Positions 1 to 9,598 of a stretch of DNA of 64,000 bases are shown one piece after another; within the stretch, counting starts at the first letter, position 1; each line of letters opens with the position of its first letter. A program made the translations under genes and the position numbers. This stretch comes from Actinomycetota bacterium (GTDB lineage: Bacteria; Actinomycetota; UBA4738; HRBIN12), in contig DASWAT010000083.1 of assembly GCA_036390995.1 (NCBI GenBank), positions 3,052 through 67,051 on the forward strand. Reading direction: 5' to 3'. The notes under the pieces are model-generated. The model made no database searches. It saw only the letters and a program-made list of their open reading frames with translations, and was not told where the DNA came from.

Positions 1-191
1 CCGGCGCGGTGGTGATCGACGTCGGTGTGCATCGCACCGAGCACGGCCTGACCGGCGACGTCCGCTTCGAGGAGGTCCGCGAGGTGGCCGGCATGATCAC
101 GCCGGTACCCGGCGGCGTCGGGCCCATGACCACCGCGATGCTCCTGCTGAACGCCGTGACCGCGGCCGAGAGGCTGGCCGAACGACGGTGA
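1..191 (+). CDS. folD: Methylenetetrahydrofolate dehydrogenase/cyclohydrolase FolD, C-terminal fragment (gene starts upstream of window)
   Basis: C-terminal ...[16 protein letters not shown]...[17 protein letters not shown], the FolD NAD(P)-binding/C-terminal signature. The stop TGA 189-191 overlaps the GTG of the next gene (GTGA). Confidence 0.75.
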   Translation, partial: GAVVIDVGVHRTEHGLTGDVRFEEVREVAGMITPVPGGVGPMTTAMLLLNAVTAAERLAERR

Positions 192-1105
192 GCCCCTCCG
201 AGAGCGGGCTCGGGCGGATCCTCCGCTCCGGCCGGTTCAGCGTGACCGCCGAGATGGTCCCGCCGCGTTCTGCCGATCGGTCTGGCATCGAAGGGCGCGC
301 CCGCGGACTCGTGGGCTACGCGGACGCGGTGAACGTGACGGACAACCCCACGTCCTCCGCGCACATGTCACCCCTGGCCGGGGTGGCGGTCCTGTCCGCG
401 GCGGGCATCGAGCCGACGATCCAGCTGACGTGCCGGGACCGCAACCGGCTGGCGCTGACCGCCGACCTGCTCGGTGCATGGGCCCTGGGAGCCCGGAACC
501 TGCTCTGTCTCTCGGGCGATCCCGCGGGGCGAGGGGACCATCCGGATGCCACGGAGGTCTTCGACCTGTCGGTCCTGGACCTGGTCCGCCTGGCGGTGCG
601 CCTTCGCGACGAGTCCCGGCTGCTCTCCGGCGCGCAGATCGACGGCCCCCCACGGTACCTGGTCGGGGTGGCCGACACGCCGCTCGTCGAGCGGTACGAT
701 CCCGCGCGTCTGGAGGCGAAGATCGACGCGGGGGCCGACTTCGTGCAGACCCAGATCGTCTACGACGTCGACGCCTTCGCGACCTGGGCGGACCTCGTGC
801 GCCCGCTCGGGCTCCTGGAGCGAGCGTTCCTCTTGGCCGGCGTCGTGCCGCTCCGCAGCGCGAAGCACGCGCGGTTCATGGGCCGGCTGCCCGGCGTCAG
901 CGTTCCGCCGGCGCTGATCCGCAGGCTGGAGGAGGCGGGCCCCGACGCCGCGGAGGTGGGCACGTCGATCGCGGTCGACGTGATCGAGGCGCTCCGCGCC
1001 ATCGCCGGCCTCGCCGGGGTCCACCTCATGGGGCTGGGCGACGACGGCATCGCATCGGTCGTGGAGGGCGCCGGGTTGCTCCCGCGCCCCGTCGTGGCCG
1101 ACTAG
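188..1105 (+). CDS. metF: 5,10-methylenetetrahydrofolate reductase
   Basis: 305 aa with MTHFR motifs ([21 protein letters not shown]). GTG start coupled to the folD stop, and the one-carbon context with folD fits. Confidence 0.8.
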   Translation: MSPSESGLGRILRSGRFSVTAEMVPPRSADRSGIEGRARGLVGYADAVNVTDNPTSSAHMSPLAGVAVLSAAGIEPTIQLTCRDRNRLALTADLLGAWALGARNLLCLSGDPAGRGDHPDATEVFDLSVLDLVRLAVRLRDESRLLSGAQIDGPPRYLVGVADTPLVERYDPARLEAKIDAGADFVQTQIVYDVDAFATWADLVRPLGLLERAFLLAGVVPLRSAKHARFMGRLPGVSVPPALIRRLEEAGPDAAEVGTSIAVDVIEALRAIAGLAGVHLMGLGDDGIASVVEGAGLLPRPVVAD

Positions 1106-1131
1106 ACTCGGGCGGGAACGAGGGGAGCGAG

Positions 1132-1566
1132 ATGGCAGAGACCGTCACCATCGCGGGCCAGTCGTACCTGAAGCGCAATCCGCTCGGCGTGCTTGGACTC
1201 ACCTTCATCACGGCGGGGATCTACGGGCTGTATTGGTATTACAAGGTGAACCAGGAGATCCAGCGATTCACGCGGGACGACTCGATCAGCCCCGTGCGGT
1301 CGCTCATGGCGCTGATCTTCGGATGGCTCATCATCGTCCCGCCCTTCATCGCCGTGTACAACACCGCGAGACACGTCCAGGAGATCGAGCAGCGCGTCGG
1401 CGTGCAGCAGCAGATCGAGCCGGCCCTGGCCATCGTCCTGCTGCTCGTGATCTCGCTGCTCATCGGGATCTACGTGCAGGAGCACCTGAACAGGGTGTGG
1501 GATCGCGCGTCGGGCCCCTCGGCCCCGGCCCCGCCGATGCCGGCGCCACCGCCGCCCACCGGCTGA
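1132..1566 (+). CDS. DUF4234-like small membrane protein with proline-rich C-terminus
   Basis: ATG at 1132 preceded by ggggag. Two hydrophobic helices (LGVLGLTFITAGIYGLYWYY and ALAIVLLLVISLLIGIY), typical of the DUF4234 family, followed by a Pro/Ala-rich tail. Confidence 0.55.
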   Translation: MAETVTIAGQSYLKRNPLGVLGLTFITAGIYGLYWYYKVNQEIQRFTRDDSISPVRSLMALIFGWLIIVPPFIAVYNTARHVQEIEQRVGVQQQIEPALAIVLLLVISLLIGIYVQEHLNRVWDRASGPSAPAPPMPAPPPPTG

Positions 1567-1579
1567 GCGCCTCGGCCCG

Positions 1580-2698
1580 TCAGCTCCGCTGGTCGATCGG
1601 GACGTACGTCTGGTCTCGCGGGCCGATGTACTCGGACTCCGGCCGGATCAGCCGGTTGTCCGCGTACTGCTCCCGAACGTGCGCGGTCCACCCCGACATC
1701 CGGGCGAGCGCGAAGATCGGCGTCATGAGATCGTGCGGGATGCCGAGGTAGTGGTAGACACTGGCGGCGTAGAAGTCCACGTTCGGGTGCAGGCCCTTCT
1801 CGTCACCGACCACGCGTTCGATCTCGGCCGAGATCTCGTACCACCGGGTATCGCCCTTGCGCTCGCCGGTCTCCTTCGACAGGCGGCGGAGCACCGCCGC
1901 CCGGGGGTCCCCGGTCTTGTAGACGCGATGGCCGAACCCCATGATCCGCTCCTTGCGGGCGAGCTTGTCCTTCACGATCCTCGCCGCGTTGGCCGGGTCG
2001 CCGACCTCCTCGAGCAGTTTCATGGCCTCCTCGTTCGCCCCACCGTGCAGGGGGCCCTTGAGGGCGGCGATCGCCCCGGTGATGGCCGAGTGCATGTCGG
2101 CCAGCGTCGAGGCGATGACCCGCGCCGTGAAGGTGGATGCGTTCATCGTGTGGTCCGCGTACAGGATCAGCGTGGTGTCGAGGACCGCAGCGTCCTCCTG
2201 ATCCGGCTCCTCGCCGAGGAGCATCCACAGGAAGTTCGCGGCGTGCGGGAGCTTCGGGTTCGGCAGCACCACCTCCTGGTCGGTGCGCAGCCGGTGGTAC
2301 ATGGCGATCATCGTCGGAACGCGGGCGATCAACCGGAGGGCCTTGCGCTCGTTCGCCTCGGGCGTCTGCTCCCAACCGTCCGGGTCGTACGCAGAGGCGG
2401 CGGACACGCCGGTCCGCAGCATCGACATGGGAGAGGTCTGTTGGGCGAGCGTGGGCATGAGATCGGCCAGGAAGGTGGAGACCTCGCGCTCGGCCACGAG
2501 CCGCTCGGACAGGTCCTCCAGTTGGCTCTCGGTCGGCAGCTGGAGGTTCTGGAGCAGGTAGATGACCTCCTCGGAGGTGGAGTGCTCGGCGAGATCCTCG
2601 ATGCCGTAGCCCACGTACCAGAGCCGCCCGGCCTTGCCATCCACGTCCGAGAGCCGGGTGGACGCGGCGATGACTTCCTCGAGACCCTTGTCGGCCAT
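1580..2698 (-). CDS. gltA: Citrate synthase (short, CitZ-type)
   Basis: 372 aa with the citrate synthase catalytic motifs (GFGHRVYK, MNASTFTARV, HGGANE). Confidence 0.9.
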   Translation of the reverse strand: MADKGLEEVIAASTRLSDVDGKAGRLWYVGYGIEDLAEHSTSEEVIYLLQNLQLPTESQLEDLSERLVAEREVSTFLADLMPTLAQQTSPMSMLRTGVSAASAYDPDGWEQTPEANERKALRLIARVPTMIAMYHRLRTDQEVVLPNPKLPHAANFLWMLLGEEPDQEDAAVLDTTLILYADHTMNASTFTARVIASTLADMHSAITGAIAALKGPLHGGANEEAMKLLEEVGDPANAARIVKDKLARKERIMGFGHRVYKTGDPRAAVLRRLSKETGERKGDTRWYEISAEIERVVGDEKGLHPNVDFYAASVYHYLGIPHDLMTPIFALARMSGWTAHVREQYADNRLIRPESEYIGPRDQTYVPIDQRS

Positions 2699-2844
2699 CG
2701 GTCGGCTCCCTCCCCAGGGAATATCTTGATGTCGTGATAATTGGGGCAGACGGTATCAGCGTACCGCCTTCGGTGGGAAGGCGCCCTCCCGGGCAACGGC
2801 CCGGATGACACAATGACGGCATCTGGCACGAGGAGCGTGAGTCC

Positions 2845-3927
2845 ATGACGCATCGAGTCACCTTCATCCCGGGCGACGGCGTCGGCCCCGAGCTTTCGGA
2901 GGCCACACGGCGGGTGCTGGAGGGCACCGGCGTGGGCTTCGAGTGGGACGTCCAGGACGCCGGCGCCGACGTGATGGAGCGGTTCGGCACGCCGCTGCCC
3001 GAGCCCGTCCTGGACTCGATCCGCGACACGAAGGTCGCCATCAAGGGACCGATCACGACGCCGGTCGGCAGCGGGTTCCGCAGCGTGAACGTCGCGCTCC
3101 GCAAGGAGCTCGACCTCTACGCGTGTCTGCGGCCCACGAAATCCTACCCGGGGGTCCGCTCCCGGTATCAGGACGTCGACATCGTGATCGTGCGCGAGAA
3201 CACCGAGGATCTCTACGCGGGGATCGAGTTCGAACAGGGGACCCCGCAGGCGAAGGAGCTCATCGAGTTCGTGGCGGAGAAGACCGGCACGCGCATCCGC
3301 GACGACGCGGGGATCTCGATCAAGCCGATCTCGGTGTGGGGAACGCAGCGGATCGTCCGTTTCGCGTTCGACTACGCGAAGCGGTACGGCCGGCGGAAGG
3401 TCACGGCAGTGCACAAGGCGAACATCATGAAGTTCTCCGACGGCCTGTTCCTGGAGACGGCCCGCCAGGTCGCCGCCGAGTACCCGGACGTGGAGTTCGA
3501 GGACCGGATCGTGGACAACCTCACGATGCAGCTCGTCCAGCGGCCCGAGGAGTACGACGTCCTGGTGCTCCCGAACCTGTACGGCGACATCGTCTCGGAT
3601 CTGTGTGCAGGCCTCGTGGGCGGCCTGGGGCTGGCCCCGGGAGCGAACATCGGGGACGAGGCCGCCGTGTTCGAGGCGACGCACGGGAGCGCCCCGAAGT
3701 ACAAGGGCATGAACAAGGTGAACCCGATGGCCATGATGCTCTCCGGCGTGCTGATGCTCCGTCACCTCGGCGAGGGCGACGCCGCGGACCGGCTGGAGCG
3801 AGCCATCGCCGCCGTCATCGCCGAGGGGACGTCCGTCACCTACGACATGAAGCCCACGCGGGACGACCCCACCGCGGTGGGGACGTCGCAGGTGGCCGAC
3901 GCCATCATCGAGAAGCTGGAGGACTAG
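2845..3927 (+). CDS. icd: Isocitrate dehydrogenase (homodimeric isocitrate/isopropylmalate DH family, NAD(P)-dependent)
   Basis: 360 aa. Carries [19 protein letters not shown] (the Ser-x-Asn isocitrate-binding signature of IDH), [11 protein letters not shown], and the metal-binding [20 protein letters not shown]. Confidence 0.8.
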   Translation: MTHRVTFIPGDGVGPELSEATRRVLEGTGVGFEWDVQDAGADVMERFGTPLPEPVLDSIRDTKVAIKGPITTPVGSGFRSVNVALRKELDLYACLRPTKSYPGVRSRYQDVDIVIVRENTEDLYAGIEFEQGTPQAKELIEFVAEKTGTRIRDDAGISIKPISVWGTQRIVRFAFDYAKRYGRRKVTAVHKANIMKFSDGLFLETARQVAAEYPDVEFEDRIVDNLTMQLVQRPEEYDVLVLPNLYGDIVSDLCAGLVGGLGLAPGANIGDEAAVFEATHGSAPKYKGMNKVNPMAMMLSGVLMLRHLGEGDAADRLERAIAAVIAEGTSVTYDMKPTRDDPTAVGTSQVADAIIEKLED

Positions 3928-3929
3928 GC

Positions 3930-4853
3930 ATGCGTGTCACCGTCGTCGGAAGCGGGTTCGTGGGACAGACCACGGCCATGCGGATCCTGGAGAAGGACCT
4001 GGCCGAGGTCGTGCTCATCGACATCATCGAGGGTCTGCCGCACGGCCTGGCCCTCGACATGAGGGAGGCGGCCCCGATCGAGGGCTACGAGCCGAACATC
4101 ATCGGGACGAACGACTACGCCGACACGGCGGGCTCGGACGTCGTGGTGATCACGGCAGGGTTCCCGCGGCAGCCGGGTATGAGTCGGATGGACCTGCTCG
4201 GCAAGAACGCCGCGGTGATCCGGGACGTGGTGGAGAAGACCGGTACGGTCTCGCCGAACGCCATCATCGTGATGGTCACCAACCCGCTCGACGAGATGAC
4301 ATACCTGGCGGCCGAGGTCTCGGGGTTCCCGAAGCAGCGGGTGATCGGCATGGCCGGTGTCCTGGACTCGTCCCGCCTTCGGTACTTCATCGCGGAGGAG
4401 CTCGGTGTCTCGCCGTTGGAGGTCGAGGCCATGACCCTCGGGTCCCACGGCGAGTCGATGGTGCCGTTGCCGCGGCACGCCACGGTGGGCGGCAAGCCAC
4501 TCACCGAGCTGGCCGACGAGGCTACGCTCGAGCGCCTCTACCAGCGGACCCGGGACGCCGGAGCCGAGATCGTGGCACTCCTCAAGAAGGGGAGCGCCTA
4601 CTACGCCCCGTCGGCCGCCATCACGAAGATGGTCGAGTCGATCGCCCACAACACGGAGGAGCTGCTGCCGGTCTGCGCGTGGTGCACCGGCCAGTACGGC
4701 ATCCAGGACGTCTACGTGGGCGTACCGGTGCGGCTGTCCCGCAGCGGCGTCGAGGAGATCGTCGAGCTCGATCTCTCCGAGGGCGAGCTGCGGGCGCTCC
4801 GCGAGGCGGCCGAGGGCATCCGCGGCAAGTGCGCGGACCTGGCCGCGCTCTGA
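3930..4853 (+). CDS. mdh: Malate dehydrogenase (LDH-like MDH)
   Basis: MRVTVVGSGFVGQT Rossmann N-terminus, MVTNPLD, and the catalytic-loop Arg (GFPRQPGMSRMDLL) of LDH-like MDHs. ATG at 3930 is 2 nt after the icd stop. Confidence 0.9.
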   Translation: MRVTVVGSGFVGQTTAMRILEKDLAEVVLIDIIEGLPHGLALDMREAAPIEGYEPNIIGTNDYADTAGSDVVVITAGFPRQPGMSRMDLLGKNAAVIRDVVEKTGTVSPNAIIVMVTNPLDEMTYLAAEVSGFPKQRVIGMAGVLDSSRLRYFIAEELGVSPLEVEAMTLGSHGESMVPLPRHATVGGKPLTELADEATLERLYQRTRDAGAEIVALLKKGSAYYAPSAAITKMVESIAHNTEELLPVCAWCTGQYGIQDVYVGVPVRLSRSGVEEIVELDLSEGELRALREAAEGIRGKCADLAAL

Positions 4854-4865
4854 GCGGCCGGCGAC

Positions 4866-5465
4866 CTATCCGGCGGCGGGGTCGGACCCGGCCGTCTGCT
4901 CCGTCGCCTCCGGTGGGGCCGGCTCGGTCCGGGGCGTTCGGGCCCACGCCACGCTGAGCGCCCCGCCCGCCGCCGCGACCACGCCGCCGGCCATCACGAG
5001 CCAGATCCCCATCTCCAGGCCGACGCTGAAGCGCCGGTCGAACTGCTGCTCGATCTGTGCCCGCACCTGCGCGTAGGGCAGACCCAGCTGCCCGGCCAGC
5101 TCCCTGGCGATGCGGTCGCGCTGTCCGGGCGACGAGAAGCGGTCCTGCGCGCGCGCGGCGTCCAGTCCGCCCAGCACGGTCGCCGCGAGACCGAGGACGA
5201 TGATGGCCGCCGCCACCGAGGTCCTGGGCCTCGGCGTGGACAGCACCCGCATCACGATCATCCCGACCAGCACGGCCATCCCGAGTCCGAAGGTCACCTT
5301 GCCCTCCCACACGTCGATGCCGGGAGTGGGCGTCTGGAACGGCCGCACGGTGGCCCAGTCCAGGAGCGAACCGAGGGCGACCGCCCCGCCGCCGAGCGTG
5401 AGCGCGAGGAACCCGGCCAGGCGCAGGCGGGTGGGCGGTGCCGTCGAGGTGAGCTCGGGACCCAT
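4866..5465 (-). CDS. Hypothetical integral membrane protein (4 predicted TM helices)
   Basis: Only the 3' 600 nt of the 525-aa minus ORF is protein-like (MGPELTSTAPP...LAGFLALTLGGGAVALGSLL, GLGMAVLVGMIVM, AAAIIVLGLAATVLGG, GIWLVMAGGVVAAAGG). ATG at 5465-5463. The upstream part of that ORF is antisense to the fumarase gene. Confidence 0.45.
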   Translation of the reverse strand: MGPELTSTAPPTRLRLAGFLALTLGGGAVALGSLLDWATVRPFQTPTPGIDVWEGKVTFGLGMAVLVGMIVMRVLSTPRPRTSVAAAIIVLGLAATVLGGLDAARAQDRFSSPGQRDRIARELAGQLGLPYAQVRAQIEQQFDRRFSVGLEMGIWLVMAGGVVAAAGGALSVAWARTPRTEPAPPEATEQTAGSDPAAG

Positions 5466-5531
5466 GGCCGGGCAGCAGTGTGCCACCCGGCCCGCGCCGG
5501 GCAAAGCACCCTCGGCGAGGATGGCGTCGGG

Positions 5532-6404
5532 ATGGATGCCGTACGCGCCGAGGGAGCCGTTCGCGAGATCCGGGCTGAGGCGATCACGGACGCCGTGCGC
5601 GAGCTGTGCGTCCGGGTCAACTACGAGGTCCCCGAGGACCTGGCCGAGGCCGTCCGCCGGGCGCGCGAGCAAGAGCGGTCGCCGCTCGGCCGGCAGGTCC
5701 TGGACCTGTTGATCCAGAACCAGGAGCTCGCTGCGCAGGGCGAGTACCCGTACTGCCAGGACACCGGCTCCACCGTGGTGTTCGTCGATCTCGGGCAGGA
5801 CGTCCACGTGGTGGGGGCGGACCTGGAGGACGCCATCGACGAGGGGGTCCGACGGGGCTATAAGGAGGGCTACCTGCGGAGCTCCATCGTGCGCGACCCG
5901 CTGTTCGAGCGGACGAACACCGGCGACAACACGCCGGCCTTCGTCCACACGCGGATCGTGCCGGGCGATCAGGTCCGGATCCAGGTCGACGCGAAGGGCG
6001 GCGGCTCCGAGAACAAGGGCCGCCACGCCATGCTGAAGCCGGCCGACGGGCTGGAGGGCGTGAAGGCGTTCGTGCTCAGAGCGGTGGCCGAGGCCGGTCC
6101 GGACGCCTGTCCGCCGGGGATCATCGGCGTCGGGATCGGCGGCAACTTCGAATACGTGGCGATCCTCGCGAAGCGAGCGCTGATGCGCAAGGTGGGGCAG
6201 CCGAGCCCGGACCCAAGGGTGGCGGAGCTGGAGGCGGAGCTGTTCGAGCGGTGCAACGCGCTCGGGCTCGGCCCCCAGTCGCTCGGGGGGACGCAGACCG
6301 TGCTGGCGGTCCACGTGGAGACGATGCCCACGCACATCGCGTCGCTGCCGGTTGCCGTGAACATCGAGTGCCACGCGCACCGAACGGGGACGAAGGTGAT
6401 CTGA
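5532..6404 (+). CDS. Class I fumarate hydratase / Fe-S hydro-lyase, alpha (catalytic) subunit
   Basis: AQGEYPYCQDTGS Fe-S hydro-lyase alpha-subunit signature, with GIIGVGIGG and ECHAHRTG. Start taken at MDAVRAEG (5532); an in-frame ATG at 5478 is the alternative. Confidence 0.8.
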   Translation: MDAVRAEGAVREIRAEAITDAVRELCVRVNYEVPEDLAEAVRRAREQERSPLGRQVLDLLIQNQELAAQGEYPYCQDTGSTVVFVDLGQDVHVVGADLEDAIDEGVRRGYKEGYLRSSIVRDPLFERTNTGDNTPAFVHTRIVPGDQVRIQVDAKGGGSENKGRHAMLKPADGLEGVKAFVLRAVAEAGPDACPPGIIGVGIGGNFEYVAILAKRALMRKVGQPSPDPRVAELEAELFERCNALGLGPQSLGGTQTVLAVHVETMPTHIASLPVAVNIECHAHRTGTKVI

Positions 6405-6405
6405 G

Positions 6406-7020
6406 GTGAGCGTCGAGGTCCTGGACGACGGGAGCAAGCGCATCCGGGCCCCGCTGTCGGACGAGGACGTCCGAAGCCTCTCGGCCGGCGACGTGGTGCT
6501 GATCTCCGGAACGATCTACGCGGCCCGGGACGCCGCTCACAAGCGCCTCGTCGAGATGCTGGACGCCGGCGAGCCCCTGCCGTTCGATCCCGCGGGGCAG
6601 ATCGTCTACTACGTGGGTCCCACGCCCGAGCGGCCGGGCAACGTCATCGGCTCGGCCGGGCCCACCACCGCCAGCCGGATGGACCCGTACACCCCGCGGA
6701 TGCTCGAGGTCGGCCTGAAGGGGATCGTCGGCAAGGGCGGACGCGGACCGGCGGTCCGGGAGGCCCTGAAGGCCCACACCGCGGTCTACATGGCCGCGTT
6801 GGGCGGTGGGGGGGCGCTGGCCGCACTCCGGATCCGGTCGCAGCGGGTCATCGCCTTCGAGGAGCTCGGGCCGGAGTCGGTCCGGGAGATGGAGGTCGAG
6901 GACTTCCCGGTGTGGGTCGTGAACGACCGCGAGGGCCGCGACTTCTACGCCGAGACCATCCGGCCGTGGCGTGCGAACGAGCTCCTTCCCGACGAGCTGC
7001 GGCTCCCGGCCGACGCGTAG
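6406..7020 (+). CDS. Class I fumarate hydratase / Fe-S hydro-lyase, beta subunit
   Basis: 204 aa swivel beta domain (GDVVLISGTIYAARDAAHKRL, GKGGRG). GTG at 6406 is 2 nt after the alpha-subunit stop. Confidence 0.8.
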   Translation: MSVEVLDDGSKRIRAPLSDEDVRSLSAGDVVLISGTIYAARDAAHKRLVEMLDAGEPLPFDPAGQIVYYVGPTPERPGNVIGSAGPTTASRMDPYTPRMLEVGLKGIVGKGGRGPAVREALKAHTAVYMAALGGGGALAALRIRSQRVIAFEELGPESVREMEVEDFPVWVVNDREGRDFYAETIRPWRANELLPDELRLPADA

Positions 7021-7073
7021 GTACGCCGCGACCTCGCGTGCGGCCCGGTCGTAGCATCGGATCGGAGGTGAGC

Positions 7074-7232
7074 ATGAGCGAGCGACGTCCCGGTCCCCGA
7101 GCGTTCTTCACGAACTGGCGCACGTACGACGGGCCATTCGCGACGAAGGTGCGCCTGACGATCCGCAACCGGTTCCGGGCCGTGGTGCTGTTGAAGGGCT
7201 GCTGCGGCCACCACGGCGAGCCGGGGTGCTGA
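7074..7232 (+). CDS. Putative small Cys/His-rich protein (52 aa)
   Basis: ATG at 7074 preceded by ggaggtgagc, an AGGAGG-like RBS. MSERRPGPRAFFTNWRTYDGPFATKVRLTIRNRFRAVVLLKGCCGHHGEPGC ends in a CCGHHGxxGC cluster. Confidence 0.3.
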   Translation: MSERRPGPRAFFTNWRTYDGPFATKVRLTIRNRFRAVVLLKGCCGHHGEPGC

Positions 7233-7289
7233 CAGCTCCCCGCGGAGGGCTCCGGTCGGAGCCCCGGGGAGCACCCGCGCTGAGCCGGG

Positions 7290-7505
7290 TTATCGTTTGC
7301 CCGTCTTGGCCGGGGCCTTCTTGACGGGGATGATCCTTGCCGAACCGCCGCTCGGCGTGAAGAGAGTCTCGTGCCCGTCCTCCCAGCGGACCCGGTAGCG
7401 GATCCCCACCTCGCCCTCGAGGATCTCGAGGATCTCGCCCTCGCGGGTCGGCTGGCCGACGGTCTCGGACTCGACGACGATCCTGTCTCCGACCTTCGCG
7501 GTCAT
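7290..7505 (-). CDS. DUF1918-like small protein
   Basis: 71 aa: MTAKVGDRIVVESETVGQPTREGEILEI...RYRVRWEDGHETLFTPSGG, the DUF1918 pattern. Confidence 0.5.
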   Translation of the reverse strand: MTAKVGDRIVVESETVGQPTREGEILEILEGEVGIRYRVRWEDGHETLFTPSGGSARIIPVKKAPAKTGKR

Positions 7506-7562
7506 GACCGGAACCTCCGTGGACGCTTACCCTTGATTTCTAGCGCGCCGGACGGCCGCTGG

Positions 7563-8642
7563 CTACCCCGGGCGACCCGGCCCTCGCAGGGCCTTCGTCA
7601 CTGCCTCGGCCATCTCCTCGGTGGACGCCGTCCCGCCCAGGTCGCGGGTCCGGACCCGTCCGGCGGAGAGCACCACGTCGACGGCCCTGGTCACGGCATC
7701 GGCGGCCCCGGCCTCGCCGAGGTGGCGAAGCATCATGGCGCCCGACAGGATCATGGCCACCGGGTTCGCCCGGCCCTTGCCGGCGATGTCCGGCGCGCTG
7801 CCGTGCACCGGCTCGAACACCGCGTACTCCCAGCCGAGGTTCGCCCCGGCCGCGAGCCCCAGTCCGCCGACGAGCCCGGCGCAGAGATCCGACAGGATGT
7901 CCCCGTACAGGTTCGGCAGCAGGAGCACGTCGAAGTCCTCGGGCGACCGGGTAAGGCGCATCGAGAGGTGGTCGATCTGCATCTCCTCGAACGCCACGTC
8001 CGGATGGCCGAGCGCCTCCTCCTGCGCGATCCGCAGGAACAGGCCGTCGGAGAACAGCATGATGTTGGCCTTGTGTCCCAGCGTGACCTTGCGTCGGCTG
8101 TTCGCGCGGGCGTGCTCGAACGCGAACCGGACGATGCGCCGGGCTCCGGTCACCGAGATCGGCTTCAGCGTGATGCCGGCGTCGTCGCGCACCTCGATGC
8201 CGGACAGCCTACGGAGCTCCTCCCGAAGCTGCTTCGTCTCCTGCGCCTCCCGCTCGAACTCGATCCCCGCGTAGAGGTCCTCGGTGTTCTCCCGGATCAC
8301 AACCAAGTCGACGCCGGCGTACCGCGTGGGAACGCCGGGAAGCGTCCGCGACGGACGGACGGCGGCGAACAGGTCGAGCTCGTGGCGGAGCGCGACGTTC
8401 ACGCTCCGGAACCCCGTCCCGACCGGCGTCGTGATCGGCCCCTTCATCGCGACTCGGGTCCGCCGGATCTGCTCGAGGACTCGGCCGGGGAGGGTCGTGC
8501 CCTCCCGGTCCAGGGCTGCGGCGCCCGCCTCCTCCACGATCCACTCGAACGCCACGCCGGTGGCCTCGAGCACGCGGCGGGTGGCCTCGGAGACCTCGGG
8601 GCCGATGCCGTCGCCGGGGATCAGCGTGATCAGGTGGGCCAT
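7563..8642 (-). CDS. Second isocitrate dehydrogenase-family paralog (isocitrate/isopropylmalate DH superfamily)
   Basis: Start at MAHLITLIPGDGIGPE (ATG 8642-8640). Roughly 60% identical to the 2845-3927 product and again carries [19 protein letters not shown] and [20 protein letters not shown]. Lies in inverted orientation to the first copy. Confidence 0.75.
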   Translation of the reverse strand: MAHLITLIPGDGIGPEVSEATRRVLEATGVAFEWIVEEAGAAALDREGTTLPGRVLEQIRRTRVAMKGPITTPVGTGFRSVNVALRHELDLFAAVRPSRTLPGVPTRYAGVDLVVIRENTEDLYAGIEFEREAQETKQLREELRRLSGIEVRDDAGITLKPISVTGARRIVRFAFEHARANSRRKVTLGHKANIMLFSDGLFLRIAQEEALGHPDVAFEEMQIDHLSMRLTRSPEDFDVLLLPNLYGDILSDLCAGLVGGLGLAAGANLGWEYAVFEPVHGSAPDIAGKGRANPVAMILSGAMMLRHLGEAGAADAVTRAVDVVLSAGRVRTRDLGGTASTEEMAEAVTKALRGPGRPG

Positions 8643-8871
8643 GCCCGCACGATATCGAACGATCCACCCGGCGCGGCCGCCCGTACACGGCCAGACGTTC
8701 ACCCTTCGAGTTCGCGGGCGTCTTCGCCTAGCACTGCTGGATCCATCCCACCACGATGACCGGCGTCGTTCGTGTGCCGGTCAAGGCGGCGCCGGGCGTC
8801 GGGTCCCCGGGACCCGGTTCCGCATCACGATCGCCTCCGTCGTCGTCCCCGACGGTTCGCGCACGCCGTGG

Positions 8872-9558
8872 ATGTGGGGGCCATCGAGACCCACCCGCCG
8901 GTCGATGGTGAACACGGCGGACTCGGCGGCACTCGCCGCGGCCCAGTCCTGCATCGACCCAACGACGCGCGGGGACCCCGAGACCCTGGCGGACCGGTAC
9001 GCGACCCAGAACGAGGCCAACTCGCAGGGCGGGATCGTCTGGACCGACACGGTGAACTGCGGGGCGGGAGCGGCCGGTCACGTCTCGGTCAGGTACACGG
9101 CGCCGCACGAGTACTTCTTCGCGCCGGCGATCGGCTTCCCGTCCAGCACCACGGTGGCCGGTGTGGCCACGGCGGCGTGGGGGCCGACCTCCGGGACGAG
9201 CCCGATCCCGCTGGTGCTCGACCTCGGGAGCATCAACGCGACCTGCGACGTCCCGAACATCCAGATCGGGAGCGTGTGCTACTTCTGGTACGACAACGAC
9301 AAGTTCTCGGGCTCCAACTGGGGGTTCCTCAACCTCGGCCTATGGAACGTCGACAGCGGCGACCCCTGCCCCAACCGTGGAGGCGCGAACGAGCTGGCCG
9401 GATACCTGGACGGCTCGTTGAGCTTCTACGGCGACCTGAGATACCCCGACCCGACCTACGTCTGCCGGATCCCCGGCCTCACCGACAACCTGTGGTTCAA
9501 CGAGATCGCATGGCTGGTCGACGGGGCCGACATCGGCGGGACGCCGGGGAACACATAG
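8872..9558 (+). CDS. Hypothetical Cys/Trp-rich protein, possibly secreted
   Basis: Only the 3' part of ORF 8284-9558 is non-antisense. Candidate starts are ATG 8872 and ATG 8905. Cys-rich and aromatic-rich (CIDPTTRGD, NCGAGAAG, GSVCYFWYDNDKFSGSNWGFLNLGLWN, CPNRGG, VCRIPG). I did not recognise the family. Confidence 0.35.
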   Translation: MWGPSRPTRRSMVNTADSAALAAAQSCIDPTTRGDPETLADRYATQNEANSQGGIVWTDTVNCGAGAAGHVSVRYTAPHEYFFAPAIGFPSSTTVAGVATAAWGPTSGTSPIPLVLDLGSINATCDVPNIQIGSVCYFWYDNDKFSGSNWGFLNLGLWNVDSGDPCPNRGGANELAGYLDGSLSFYGDLRYPDPTYVCRIPGLTDNLWFNEIAWLVDGADIGGTPGNT

Positions 9559-9598
9559 GACTTCGGGCTCTACGGGGTGAGGCTCATCTGGTAAGGGG

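Noticed and set aside
368-1566. Long ORFs antisense or overlapping metF (368-1024 -, 430-1566 +, 474-917 +)
   Set aside because: Arg/Pro/Gly-rich low-complexity translations typical of wrong-frame high-GC DNA. The metF frame has clear MTHFR motifs, and only the last 435 nt of 430-1566 (the DUF4234 gene from ATG 1132) look real.
1803-3765. 433-aa and 478-aa minus-strand ORFs across gltA/icd
   Set aside because: They are antisense to strongly supported enzyme genes and have R/P/G-rich composition with no domain signatures.
5466-6443. Upstream 5' two-thirds of the 525-aa minus ORF 4866-6443
   Set aside because: Antisense to the fumarase alpha gene. Only the 3' 600 nt (4866-5465) encode a membrane-protein-like sequence.
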